This document shows, piece after piece, positions 1 to 14,443 of a stretch of 64,000 nucleotides of DNA (the first letter of the stretch is position 1; every line of letters starts with the position of its first letter). A program made the position numbers and the translations under genes. A model generated the notes under the pieces. The model made no database searches. It was given only the letters and a program-made list of their open reading frames with translations, and had not been told where the DNA came from. The DNA comes from the human T2T-CHM13v2.0 reference genome, Homo sapiens: assembly GCF_009914755.1 (NCBI RefSeq), contig NC_060930.1; one strand, given 5' to 3'.

Positions 1-2842
1 TAGACCATGGCCAAAACTATATTTTTCATATAGTTGCCAGAAAATTTTGGTACACTCCATAGCTATGGAAGAGAGAAAGCGGAACTGTCCCTGTGAGAGG
101 CTGAGTATGAACACCAATCTTAGGAGCAAGATGTCATAACCACCAGGCTGTTTCTCATTGGGAAATGGGAAGATATATTTTCAGGATCACACTTTAACGA
201 CTCTTGAATATGTCAGGTAGAATCATTATTTAGCTAGTACACAATTTCCAATTAAACTAATTAATTAAATGTCATACTCTTTTTCTATGAATCATATATC
301 CTGCAGGCAACCTTTCAGATCATTCCTCTTGACATTGGATTTTAATTTAACCACTCAAGAAATGGCCGTCACCAATCAGGTTGCAATATTTACCTATCCA
401 GTTACAATGGGTGGTTCATCTGGCAAGAATAAATATGCTATTGAAAAACAATTTCACAAATGACAGTTATCTTTTTTCCCTAAATTTGACTTTCTATGTA
501 CCAGATGTTTCCATTCTGAATTTCTGAGAGAGGAAAACTCTTTTTATTTTATTTGTTTTTCCACCAGCTTGATGAGATGTATTTCATGTGCATCCTGGTG
601 TCAGAAATTACTCATTCGAAAAATAGTAGTTGTATATGTTCGCTCTAGCAGGTATATAAAATCCATTGAGGAAGGTGGAGACCTCAGACACCTTTTAAAC
701 TATCTGGTGATCTATAGGAACCCACTAAGGATATAAAAATAAAAGACTGAATAGGGCAGTCTTCTTCTTTCACTCACTTTGCTCATTTCTCTTCAGTGGG
801 TTGGAGCTGAAGCTGGTAGTGGGGTTAATTCCTTGACTGTTCTGTCAAATGTTAGGCTCCAGTACACATACTTGTGTATATATGAACAACTGTTTTTTAA
901 TAACCTGCCAAGAAGCTATAATCTTCCATTGCGGTCCCCTGGGATTTAATTAGAATGGTTTTCCACAGCCTGACATGTTTATGGGGCATAGGTAAAGAGA
1001 CAGTTCATAAAACTGTCAATTTCCTGAGAAATTAAAGAAAAATTGGGCTGCTTAGTGCTTTGGCAATTCTGTGCTGCTGATACCAGCATTGCAAGCAATG
1101 AAATCAAGGGAAACATAACAAGATACTGATGCATTAGATATGGGCAGGTTAAAAATAATGTACAAGGGCATTTGTCAATTTGAATGCATAAAGAAGAAAG
1201 TGGAGAAAGTAAACCATAAACTGGAGTAGCTTGACTTTGGGGTGTTTGGGAACGAAGTGAACACTGAACAATAGTTTATTTGCATCTGGAAGATTTATTA
1301 TTTTTCTTCTTAATAGACATGATCAAGAAATGAATTCTAGGGAGGATGTAGTCTCCCTAGGGGAATGATAATGTGATAAGCAGTGCCTTCATTTGGGAAT
1401 TCTTCATTTAAACTATTTTTGCCTCCTTTAGGTAAGTAAAAGTTATTAATCTTACACAGACACTGTCTTAAGAGAACCAGGTCTGTTGAAACAAACGAGC
1501 CAATGTAAACTGGTCAGGCCTCTCTTTGCACTCTATCTTTAATCAACGTGTCCACTCTCTTTTACCCATCCTTCTCTGTGGCAGCTACTCATGATCACAA
1601 CACTGAATTTGCTCAGGTACTGCACCCAGCCTGCAGTAGGAAACAGAGCGATGTGACAGCAAGCATGATCTTGAGTATTAGACACAGTCAAGGAGTGTTC
1701 TTAGGGTTACTGGGGAAAGACTAATATTCAAGGAAGGTCTGCTTTATCTCAGGGACCGTACTGGGCAATTTTTGTGCATTTCTCCATAGAATTCTCTCAA
1801 CGACCTTCTGAAGTAGGTATTATTTATCTCACTTTACATATGAGTGAAAGGACATATAGAAATGTTAAGCAATCTGTCCAAGATCATTCAACCAGGGACA
1901 GGTAGGCAGAGCTAGGATCAAGGAATCATTATCTATGCTTTTTTTACATAATATTATATTGCCTTTTAAAAAAGTAGTTATAAAATGGTGGAATATGTAT
2001 AAAATATGTACATTTGGAGAAAAGGAAGTCCAAAACATTGAGTGTTGCCAAAATAGCAGTGATGTGAGAAACAATGACCACCCTGTATATGCCAAAAGTC
2101 CCCATGATGGCAGATGGCTGGAGCAGGTCTCCCGGAGATGAGTGACATCATTATGCTATCACTCAGTACAGGGCTGGGGCTGGTAAAAAGCAGGGATTAC
2201 ATGCTGGAGGTCGCTGTGGTGTTCTCATCTTGTTCATCAAGCGTTTCATCCCTACCACTTAAGTAGTCGAATTCATGTCCTGTGAGTTTTAGTCATCTAT
2301 ACCTCTATTCATTTACTAATTTAATGTTGTTTTCCAGGCATGGTGTAAGGAACTTGAGCTCAAAATGAACTAAGACACAGTCTTGTTCACACAGTGGAAG
2401 GTAATAGGCTTTAGAGTTGGATGAATTTGGGGTCAAGATTCTGACTCTGCCACTTAGTAGCCATATGACCTTGGCTATTACTTGACCTTGATATTACCCA
2501 GTTTTATCACAGGAAAAATGGGGAGAAAAAATACTTATTTCAAAGTTGGATTGATATAAAAATTATTCATTTTATCTTTTTTCTTTTTCTTCAAGATCCC
2601 ATAAATTAATGGTACATGTAGACATAGTAGAAACCAAAAATGATATTTTATTAAGAATCAATATGAGAAGAATTAATGGATTATTTTTGGATGTTGAAGA
2701 AGTCTTTGCAAAAGTCAACTATTTGAACAGCATAAAAAGATACTTGAACAGCATAAAAAGAATATTTTCAGATGGATACAAAGGAGGAAGGCAGTTTTTA
2801 GGTATTCAAAGGAACGCGGGCCATCCATGTTCTTGAAACACA

Positions 2843-2877
<35 letters not shown>

Positions 2878-2906
2878 CGCGTGCGCGTGTGTGTGTGTGT
2901 ACATGT
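2843..2906. repeat. (TG)n(CG)n(TG)n alternating purine-pyrimidine tract
   Basis: Read directly. Confidence 0.95.
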
Positions 2907-3044
2907 GGACCTGTGTGAGTTAAACAGAAGTGGTAAAATCGAAAAGCATCAGAAGTTGAAGATAGGTTGAGTCCCAAGAATAAAAACTCTCTTACACCAA
3001 CACTTTTTTTCTACTGGAATGGGAAGACACTAAAAGAATTTTAA

Positions 3045-3544
<500 letters not shown>

Positions 3545-4774
3545 TCAACAAGTATTTCTAATTGATGATAATAGTTTAGTTCTAAGCCACTTAACTTATG
3601 TGTTCATGTCATTGACTTTGTAGGTAAATAAAGCTATTAATTTTAAATATGAGAAACATGTAAATAGTGCTAGCAAAAGATATAAAACTGATGGGGCAAT
3701 CTAATTAATCTCTGAGTTAGTTCCAATGACAGAATCCTATTGAATTGTACAAAGAATAAATTTGAGTGAAAATAATTTGTCGAATAATACACCCTATAGC
3801 AGAAAGTAGCCTTGGTTTAAAAAAATTTAGAGATTTATACCAAACAGGGACAGCATAAATTGATAAAACCCATAGCATAGCAACCATGGTCTAGCAACAC
3901 AGTTTTGCATAACTTCCAAGAAGACTGTCAACACTTGAAATTATCTCCAGAGTTAAATGCCTCAAAGTTATAGTCCATGTAAAGTCATAATTAATGCAAT
4001 GTTATACTCACAATTTTGCAATGATACAAACACTTTATCATCCTATAACTTCTTTACTCTAAGGATCTAAAGTGATTTGTAATCATTAACTAATTAAAAT
4101 TCTTACATCATCCCAAGATAAACTAAATGGTTTGTTCAAAACTCAATACTGTCTGTAAAGTAAGTTTGGTCTGCATTTTAAACTATTGGATAATAAGTAA
4201 GTGGTGGTGAGAGGGAAAATAAAATGCATTTATTTGGGATTGATCGAGAGTATTATATTAACTTATTTTTTCAAAATGTACTAAGATTATATGTAATTGT
4301 TTATGTGTGCCATTTCCAGCAAGTATGACAGAGCATTTCAGAGTTGTACTGACTGAAGGACAGGTGATTCCATGGAATAGTAACTCTGTATATTAGGTGC
4401 TGTTAGGAGGTCACCTATCTACATTTAACAAAGAATCAAATTCTTTAAGAAATGTTTTAGCTTCGATAGGTGATACGAAGATAGGGACAAAAACAGTCTT
4501 TGTAATGGTCCCCCTAAAAAGAAGAATTTGATTCTGGATGTACAGGTGTATTATATTTACTGTTCTATAAGTGATTCATTAGCAGTTCTATGTTCTAGTA
4601 TATTTTATTATTATTTTGTAATACATGGCCAAACGTGAATTAGTCTTTATAACTTACTTTGGCACATAAATAATGTAAAAGCATGTGTTCAAAGAATGTT
4701 ACTATTGAGTTCATTTCAAACAGAAATTTATTCTCCCCTCCAGAAAAGTTGTCTAGCTTGTTAGAATTATTTAA

Positions 4775-5138
<364 letters not shown>

Positions 5139-5784
5139 TGAAACGAAAAGTTTCAAAGCACACAGTTTTTGCTTATTCTAATCTGTAGTTTTTAAGTTAT
5201 CTATACACTATAACTGTTAAAACATGGAACTTAGTATGTACACAATAAGTAATACTGTTCTTATTATTCTGTAGCCATAGATTTATTATGATAAATTTAT
5301 AAAAAATAAACCTATAATATAATAAATATATTTTTTGCCCTATTGATGTTTTGTTTATTTGCTTTATATTCTGTCTTAAAGATGAAATAATAGAAGACAC
5401 TTTGCCTGTGGAATTTCAGTTTTCTCCATTTTCTTATTCCTCTATTTACAACCTTTCAATTTTTTTCCCCAAAGAACATAGCTTTTATTTTCATTATGTA
5501 CTCTTTTGTCTTCCTCAACATTTTGTTGATTCTTTTCTTCCAAAGTTTTGAAATCATTACTGTTACTCCTAGGAAAAACATAAAAAGTCATTAGATACAG
5601 AATTTGTGTGATTTGTCTTTTTTATGCCTTAAATCATCAGAGGGAGAATACTCCAGCAGCCCAGGGCATTATGGTTTTATTTCTTGCTAGATTATTTAAC
5701 TTCTTGTGTCTTTATCATTTTTTTAAGTTACTACAACACTTACTGTTTTTTTATCCATTCATAAAATAAAAGCAACTGAACATC

Positions 5785-5787
<3 letters not shown>

Positions 5788-5843
<56 letters not shown>

Positions 5844-5855
5844 CACATACACACA
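5788..5855. repeat. (TC)n(TA)n(CA)n compound microsatellite
   Basis: Read directly. Confidence 0.95.
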
Positions 5856-7473
5856 GTTATATGATACATAAGTTTATATATGCTACATAGTGAAAATGAG
5901 GAATGAACATTTATAGGCAGAAATAGAATAAAAGAGGAAAGAATGGAAGTCAAAAAGAGATGTGCTAAAGGTCACCAAAGTAATATGGAGAATTCATTCA
6001 GATCAAAGAAAGTTGGGAGTTATTTGACAGTGTTTAATATGAAGCAGCTGCATTGGAGAGTCTTCTGTAATAATTTATTCTTCTTTTGACTTGCAGAGTA
6101 CTGAGCTGTCTCCGAAGAATTCAGATTATTGAATGTAGGCACCCTTTTCTGATTTCCTTCATCAATTCAATTCAGGAGATGTGATGCAATGTGATGTGTC
6201 AATGTATGTATGATCGAAGTGTCAGTCTCTATAAGTACTCCGCTCCATGATCCTGGGGTGAAGTGCTACAAAACACATTTTTGGTGGAGCAGAAATAGTG
6301 CTGCCTTTCCTGTGCTTCCCACGGCTGTTGTAGATAGAAAGCAATGAATTCAGAATTCTCAAGTCGGCCAGGCCATCTTCTCAGTGAGCTTTGCCTCAGG
6401 CACCCTAGATATTACCACATGAGAGCTATATTTCATCTGTTCTTAAATTTTTGCAGCTAAAGGACCACATTTGAGGGTCGAAATCCCTGCCACAAAACCA
6501 ACCTTACCACCTTCTACTACTCATAAGAAAAATCCATCAGAATTTACTGGAATTTATTGCAAGAATGACCTTCCATTTCATGAGTTGACAATGATGTGAA
6601 GCCTGGTTTTATCAACTATCCAAGTAAAGTAGTAACTTCAAGTCTTTAATAGTACACAAGAATCATTTACAGGTCAAGTATGGAACCTCTAATTATGAAA
6701 AACTGATTCTCAGAGCATATTTTACCAGATATTGTGAGAAACAGAGAAAAAGCAGTTAACAATGAAAGTAATTACTGGCCTTCAAATTCATTATTAACAG
6801 CAAGTCAAATTGAAAAGGTACTGGTTCTGTTCTCTGTCATTGACGTGAGAGAATATGGTAGAAGTAAGCGGAGAAAGAGACTTGGAGGCCATCTGCTCAG
6901 GCCCTTTCACTTTTCTTCAGAAGCAAAGTTGTTAATTGCTCAAGGCCTTCAAGATCCCCACATTCCGTCTCTTTCCGTAGAACATACATGTGCCAGTATC
7001 CAGATTTCTTCACATATTCTTCTTTCCATGTCTCCCATTTCAAAGAAGTGTTCCTTCTCAGGTGTAAAGAGTGAGGCTAATTGCCCTGTCTTTTCCCGCT
7101 AACTCAGCTCTTCCTGAAACAAGTACCTTTCCTCATTTCTGTAATTTTTCTTCTGCTTGCCATAAAAGGAAATCAAGTTGCATACCATTCAAATCTCCCA
7201 TCAGCTTTGTGATCTTTGGAAATGTTTTTTTCACATTTTCTAATAGAAAATTTCATATACAGTATGTACGAAATGGAGTGAAATGATAAGGTCCCATTTA
7301 TACGACACTCAACTTCAATAGTTTCTAACTCATAGTAATCTTGTTTCATCTATACTTGCACTCGCTGCCATTCTGTCAGATAATTTTAAAACAAATATCA
7401 GATATTATATCATTCTCTAGTATTTATCACTAACATTTAAGAGCTATTTTATTAAACATAAGAGTAATGTCAG

Positions 7474-7765
7474 GGTCTGGGGTGTTGGCTCACGTCTGTA
7501 ATCTCAGCATTTTGGGAAGTCGAGGCAGGCAGATCACTTGAGGTTAGGAGTTCGAGACCAGCCTGGCTAATACAGTGAAACCCTGTCTCTACTAAGAATC
7601 CAAAAATTAGCCAGGCATGGTGGCGTATGCCTGTGGTCCCAGCTACTTGGAGGCTGACATGGGAGGATGGTTTAAGCCCAGGAGGTGGAGGTTGCAGTGA
7701 GCTGAGATCGCACCACTGCACTCCAGCATGAGTGACAGAACTAGACTCTGTCTAAAATTTTTTTA
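7474..7765 (+). mobile_element. Alu (J/S)
   Basis: Full dimer; TSD aa(g/a)agtaatgtc at 7460-7471 and 7766-7777. Confidence 0.9.
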
Positions 7766-7974
7766 AAAAGTAATGTCGTTATCACATGTAAAAATTAACA
7801 ATGATGCTTTAATACCATCAAATAGCTAGTCAGTGTTTATATCTTCTCAATTGTCTCAGATAATTTGTTAAAAGTGTTGAATCAAGATTCAAATAAGACC
7901 ATAGTTTGCCATCAGTTGATGTATCTCTTAAGTCTCCTCTCTCCTTCTGCAATATTTGTTGAAAAATCTGTGTC

Positions 7975-8270
<296 letters not shown>

Positions 8271-8462
8271 CTACCGTCTGGATTTTGCTGGTTGATTTCT
8301 GTGAACTCTGTACTTCCTGCACTTTTATAGTTGAATCTGGAGGCTGGATTATATTTGCTGTTTTTAGCAAGAACTATTTTTGGACAAGGTCTCATATTTC
8401 AGTTAGTAGGTGAATAATGTCTGGTTGTCTCTCTTGTGATGTTGGAGTCAGTTGCCCAGATC

Positions 8463-9200
8463 CAGTGGCAACAACTGTGGGTAGAGCCAGTGGGAGTGGC
8501 CTGTTCTGGGTGCAGGCAATAAGGGGTGCTTTGCCCACAGTAATCTGAATCCTAAAGAGAATTTTAAAACAATATTGAAACTAACTAAAAGCTGGTATAT
8601 TTTTATTATTACTAAGGTTGCTAATTCTAAATAATGTCTCTGAAAAAGAAAATCTTCTGTTGGACTAAGTTCTAAATAATTGCTGTGGTTACTGCTGAGT
8701 TTTAATAATATGTATCTTGGCTTCAATTTCACACATTTTTATTATGTATTCTTTAATAAACCTGCTATTCTACATAGAAGTAAATTCAGAGAAGTCCAGT
8801 TACACAGTTGGCTTCACACACGAGAATTGGGCTAAATGTTTTAATTTTGAGACTAAGTTCGCAAAACTTTGGATTCATTAGAGCTTGTGCTGGGTGTAGT
8901 CTGTGTCTCCAATCCCTCTGGTGCTACATCGTCCTGTGCTTAATTCTAAATCAATAATCATATCAGTGTCACTGTAAAGAGGAATACACAGAACACAAGT
9001 TACTTTAATTCCATCAATTCTGTCATTTTGTTAAACCGCTTGAAGTTATTTGTTCTTAAATGTTAAAAGACTGAAACAAAATATGAATCGCAAGGTGTAA
9101 TAGCTTTGTTTGGTAAATGCAAATTTTAGTTCATATGTAAAGTCTTATTGTATTTAATTTACATGTTTAAAATGGAAATTTATTCTTATATTAATTGGAA
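8463..9200 (+). mobile_element. hAT-Tip100 DNA transposon relic (MER97-like)
   Basis: Starts CAGTGGC...GGGTGCAGGCAATAAGGGGTGC, matching the recalled MER97 5' end. Right end not resolved. Confidence 0.6.
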
Positions 9201-11218
9201 TACTAAAAATATGTATGAAGAGGAAGGCAGGATAAATGCTTGAGTCTTTCTCTTTATTTAATAGTTTTCAAAATAATTGGTTGGTTCCATATCATCATCC
9301 TCCAGAGATATCCAACTAGTTCTTTTTGTATTGTTAAGAACACATTTGTTTAAATATATCTGATGCCTTTGGCAACACCTTAAGCCAATTGCAGTCAGAT
9401 TTAGTTATTATCCTATCAATGCCTCAAAAGTCTCTTTGGCTAATATAGGAGTCTGTTCAAGTTAGCTCCTGAGTTTTCTTGACACGCCCTTAAAAGTCTT
9501 TGGTAGCTTTCTTTGTAATGTACAAAATATTTCAGGCTCATTTTGCACATTTCTTGCTCTAGGCTTGGTATCAGTCATTTCTCAGAAGAAAACTGGTTTC
9601 TTTTAGTGCAAAATAGTGTTGGGCACTAATGGTGCTTGTTGCTACCTAATAGTTTCTAGGCATTTTCAGTAGATTGTGCTAGGTAAACAATTCTAAGGTA
9701 AAATGCATAATAAGTTTATACTGATCTTTCCTAATCAAATTCAGGATTCTGAATTTTTACCTGCCCTCATTCAATATTATATCTCCAAGTCACAGTGAAA
9801 ATTCCAGTTCTCAATAATGCCAACATACTTAATTGACGTATTACATAATCCATGCATAACAGTCTCAGAATAGCAATACCAATACTACCGCTCACACTAT
9901 GCTTAGCAAAAACAGATTTTTTTCGTGGTTATATTTGCCCACAGGATCTCTCGCACTAGGGATGTGTAGTCATATACTATGTCTTAAAGTCACTTGAAAA
10001 AATCCCCCTTTTTCTATTGGTGTCAATTTGACACATATTTAAATTAACTTATTTTATTTGGCTTTGGATATTACAAATTACTTTTTAACATTTAATTTTG
10101 GTTTATGATTATGTGAACTATTTACCTATTTACGTGGTTCCAAAGTAAATTCTACAGAGCAAGGTATATTCAGAGAGGTCTAGCTTCTACCCCTGTATCT
10201 TTCTATGCCTGTTTCCACTACCTTTCACCTTTAGATGTCCTTTTAAAAAAATTCTGGTTTGTCTTTTCATTTTCAATGTAAGAAAATATTGGTTCATGCT
10301 TTCATTTCAACACATAAAAATATAAACAATAGCATATGAAACACAGTTTTCTGTCCCTTGGACATGTTTCTTAAAGTCTCTCATTGTATCAGGTCATTGA
10401 TACCTACTTTGAGACCTTCAGTCTGTACTAAATGAAACTGTGTATGACATGCTTGCTACCGTAGGCACACATGGGATTGTTCATTTTTATTTCTCTCTGA
10501 AATCGATCAATCCAGATACTCCCTACATCTAAAAGACCTCCTGCGCTCAAACAGCTCTGCTTCACACTTCCAAACTTTGTGAAAGTTTGCCAACTGAATT
10601 TTCAGCCTCAGTCTTTCTCACTGATGCTGCATCTTACAATTGGTGAGAAACAATCACATTTTCCTAAAACCTTAGTTAAGAACATAAAAAGATATTAAAT
10701 TCATCTTAGAGTGTTGTTCTAGTGTATTTGGGTTTGCCTGAACATTTTTATGCACAAAATGGGGTAAAACATATTTGAACGTCAGATCCCATTTTTAACG
10801 TAAGGTATTCATAGGAACAGAGATCCCAACTTGAGCTTCCGAAACTTCTTAAGACTTTGGACTATTGAAACATCTGAAGACTTCAAACTTTTAAGTGAAA
10901 ACTTGAAATGGGAGATTTGAGGCATTCTCATTATTGGTGGATCATAGAACTACCAAATGGATATAAGGATATATTCACTTATGTAGTTTGTTCCACACAT
11001 TTTCCAAAATCATGAGGTGGGTGAAAGTATAGATAATTTTAAAAAAATGTCCTGCTGGGCATGTCTAGGAACTACTGTCTCTTAATAAGTCTCTCCTCCT
11101 CTTTGGCAGAGATAACAACAATTTGCTCTTCTCAACTCCTTTTGCCAGCACAGGGGAACAAATGACATGATATTTACTCTGCATCTGATAGCCTATCACT
11201 TTACAAAACAATGTTTGA

Positions 11219-11521
11219 GCCTGGGTGCAGTGGCTCACACCTGTAATCCCAGCACTCTGGGAGGCTGAGGTGAGTGGATCACCTGAGGTCAGGAGTTTGA
11301 GATCAGCCTGGCCAACATGGCAAAACCCCATCTCTACTAAAAATACAAAAATTAGCCAGGCATGGTGGTGCACGCCTGTAGTCTCAGCTACTAGGGAGGC
11401 TGAGGCACGAGAATTGGTTGAACCCGGGAGGCAGAGGTTGCAGAGAGCCCAGATGGCACCACTGCACTCCAGCCTGGGTGACACAGCGAGACTCTGTCTC
11501 AACAAACAAACAAACAAACAA
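11219..11521 (+). mobile_element. AluSx with (AAAC)n tail
   Basis: TSD aaaacaatgtttgag at 11205-11219 and 11522-11536. Confidence 0.93.
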
Positions 11522-12488
11522 AAAACAATGTTTGAGTACAACTCTAGGCCAAAGACCACCTATTCTTGGTAATGACAACTGTCTAATAATTGTTCAGCTG
11601 GTACCAACAATGCTGAGAGGGCATGGTGTGATGACATGCACTTCATGCCCAAGTAACTAAATTTGTCAACATATTCGATGCTTACAGGACACAGGACTGG
11701 GCTGTGGCCCTTGGCGAGCCTCCCAAGCTATTCAGTGATGTTAGACAACCCACTTACCTTCTCTGAAATTTACTTTTCTTATATGTAAAATGCAGCTATT
11801 GTACAGGTAAGTCAGATTTCTTCCAGCCCTAAAATTCTGCGACTCTTGGTCTAGCATGAGCCTAACTAACATCAGTGGATGATTATATAAGTGTAAACTG
11901 TGTGTAAACTGTAATAGAATCCTCTTTTTTCTCACAAGATCACTTTGATTTCAGATTTATAAGTATTTTTCTATTTGGAAAGGGACTTTAGAGGTGGGGT
12001 GTACAGATACTCATATTTTTTAGCCTAATGTGTTGGAGAGAAGGAACTATTAAACAAACTATTAAGAAGGAGGTAAAAGTGAGTCGAACAAATTAGATTT
12101 TTTAGATTGAATTATGAATTTGAAAACTCTGGTGCTCTTAAATATTCAGATCCATGAAGTTACTCTTTTACATGGGGACAATGAAATTTTCTGAAATTAC
12201 ATGGAAAATATTGTACAGAAAGGCAAAAACCGGAAGCATTTATTGAGCAGTTACGTGCTGCATACTTTCAAATGAATTCACTCATTTAAACCTTACAGAA
12301 ACTCTGTGTTAAGTATTACCATTCTTGTTTCTAATGTCAAACTCAGTTATGTTAGTTACTTCTCCCAATATCACACAGCTTCTAAGGAATTAGGCAGTGA
12401 CTGGACTTCAAAGGGTTGTTAGAAGTTAATATGTTAAAGGAGCTTAGAAGAGTATTCAGTACCTACTGTGCACTGTGACTTGACCTAT

Positions 12489-12685
12489 TCTCTTCCTCCT
12501 CTTCCTCCTCCTCCCTCTCCTCCCCCCTCCCCCTCCCCCTGCATTGTCTTCGTCTTCCCTCCCCACATCCCTCTCCCCTCCTCCTCCCCCAATCCCTCTC
12601 CCCTCTCCTCCCCTTCCCCTTCCCCTTCCTGTTTCTCTTCTTCTTCCTCTTCCTCTTCTTCTTGTTCTTCTTCTTCTTCTTCCCC
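12489..12685. repeat. Pyrimidine-rich low-complexity tract (CCT/CCCCT/CTT)
   Basis: Read directly. Confidence 0.9.
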
Positions 12686-13999
12686 AGAAGTTCATTAAAT
12701 TTACTTGGTGAGAGCACAGTGATCTCGGGTTTGGGGGCTGGGTTGCCTGCATTTAAATACACACACTGCTGTCTAGGTGAAGGGCAGAGTGCAAACTGCT
12801 TTAACTATGCAATCTGTAAAAAACTTGAACAACACGTGGCATACGCTGCATATACAGTAAATATAAACTCTTACTATTAACATAGTTCTTTTACGTATTG
12901 GTTTTATGGAAATAATTCTTTAAAAGCTACCATTCATGGTGCTATTATAAATAGGCTAGATAGTACAATAGATGCTAGTTAGGGTAGAAGATATTGATAA
13001 CACTCATTTTATTGGTCGTATTATTTGGTATAACAGAGTACAAAATGATTTCTCCTGTTGTCTTCATCCTTAGAGACTTGAAGTCAGTTTAAGTCAGTCT
13101 TAAGTCACTGATTTTTAAAAGTAATTCTTCTGACATCTAGTCTCGATGATGATTTTTAAAAGGTCAATTCTAAATATGTTCTATTTTTTTCTCAGCAAGT
13201 GCTTATTTTTCTACTTTGAAGTCAGGAGATAATATATAGTTGAAATGTGATACCCTTAATCTCTTAATTTTTAGACATCTACCTGCCCATTTATTCTATT
13301 GTTGCCTCACCAAGCACTCAGAATTGCTTTACACAGCAGGAACAAAATCAACCTTGGAATCACACATCTAGTATTGAAGTGACATTCTGCCACTTGTTAC
13401 CTGTGTGATCTTGGAAAATTTGCTTAATTCTGCTGAGCCTCAACATTCTCTAGTGAAAAATTAGATGGACAATGCCTTCCTTCAGTTTGGCTGACTAATC
13501 CACAAATGTAGGCAGGGCAATAAGTCTGTTTTCTTCCCAGAATATGGTGCAAGCATGGCCACGCACAAAGTGTGTCTGGATTGGTGTTTAGCTGCATGTG
13601 TCTTGGCCCATGCTTTTGTCCTGTCTAAAGTAAGAATATCTTAGACTATAGAGCTGGAAATGGCCTTAGACCTCATCCTGTCCAAGTTTCTTATTTAACA
13701 GATGAGAAAATTTTGGTCCAGACAGGGTAAAAGAGACATGCCTCAAAATCGAATCAGTTAAACTATAATGCGTCATATTGTTTGTGCCTTTATTTTTCAC
13801 TTTATCCTTTCCTTCCTATTTCACAATAAAAATGAGTACCCTCACTTATCTATCTTTAGAAAATTACCTTTCTCTGACATTCAATATTCAAGAAAGGTAT
13901 ATATTTTTTGTAATCCACTTTTTTCTTCTTACAGCGTATCTTGGGATATTGAAAATACCCCATTTTTGCAAATAAATCTATAAATTTAAAGAAGTGTCA

Positions 14000-14330
14000 A
14001 TCTAAATCTCCAGAATATACTTTATGGAACTTTGTAAGTCAATCATAAAGATGAGGTGAGGGAAAGAAACCATAGTAATGGCCAAGAAAAATTTTAAAGG
14101 AGGAGTGAAGGAGAACTTTTTCTACAGACATCAAAATGTAATATAAAACTATAGTAAATCAAATTATGTGGTTTTTGGCACTGGCATAGACTAATAGATC
14201 AATAGAATAGACTAGATTCCAGGAAAAAAACTACAACTGTAATAAAAATAGCATTTTAAGTCAGTGGGAAGTCATTTAATAAATGATATTGGGATAATTG
14301 GATATACACATGGATAAGAAAGAATGAAAC
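14000..14330 (+). mobile_element. Ancient L1M ORF2 fragment
   Basis: Degenerate L1 ORF2-like sequence (...tataaaactatagtaaatcaaattatgtgg...atagatcaatagaataga). Confidence 0.5.
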
Positions 14331-14401
14331 TAAAATTGGTCTTATGCATATGTAATGAATATTGCAATCTCATGTGCTTTTAAAATACCCTGTGGGGTAT
14401 G

Positions 14402-14406
14402 CGTGT

Positions 14407-14440
<34 letters not shown>
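14402..14440. repeat. (TG)n microsatellite
   Basis: Read directly. Confidence 0.95.

Positions 14441-14443
<3 letters not shown>

Noticed and set aside
6075-6140. Possible short exon (ttgcag|AGTACT...GAAT|gtaggc)
   Set aside because: Weak donor, 38 nt, no recognisable peptide and no other support.
11065-11660. Long ORFs up to 164-172 aa (also 31304-31822, 7470-8413, 28479-28756, 57107-57478)
   Set aside because: Alu-derived reading frames ([21 protein letters not shown]).
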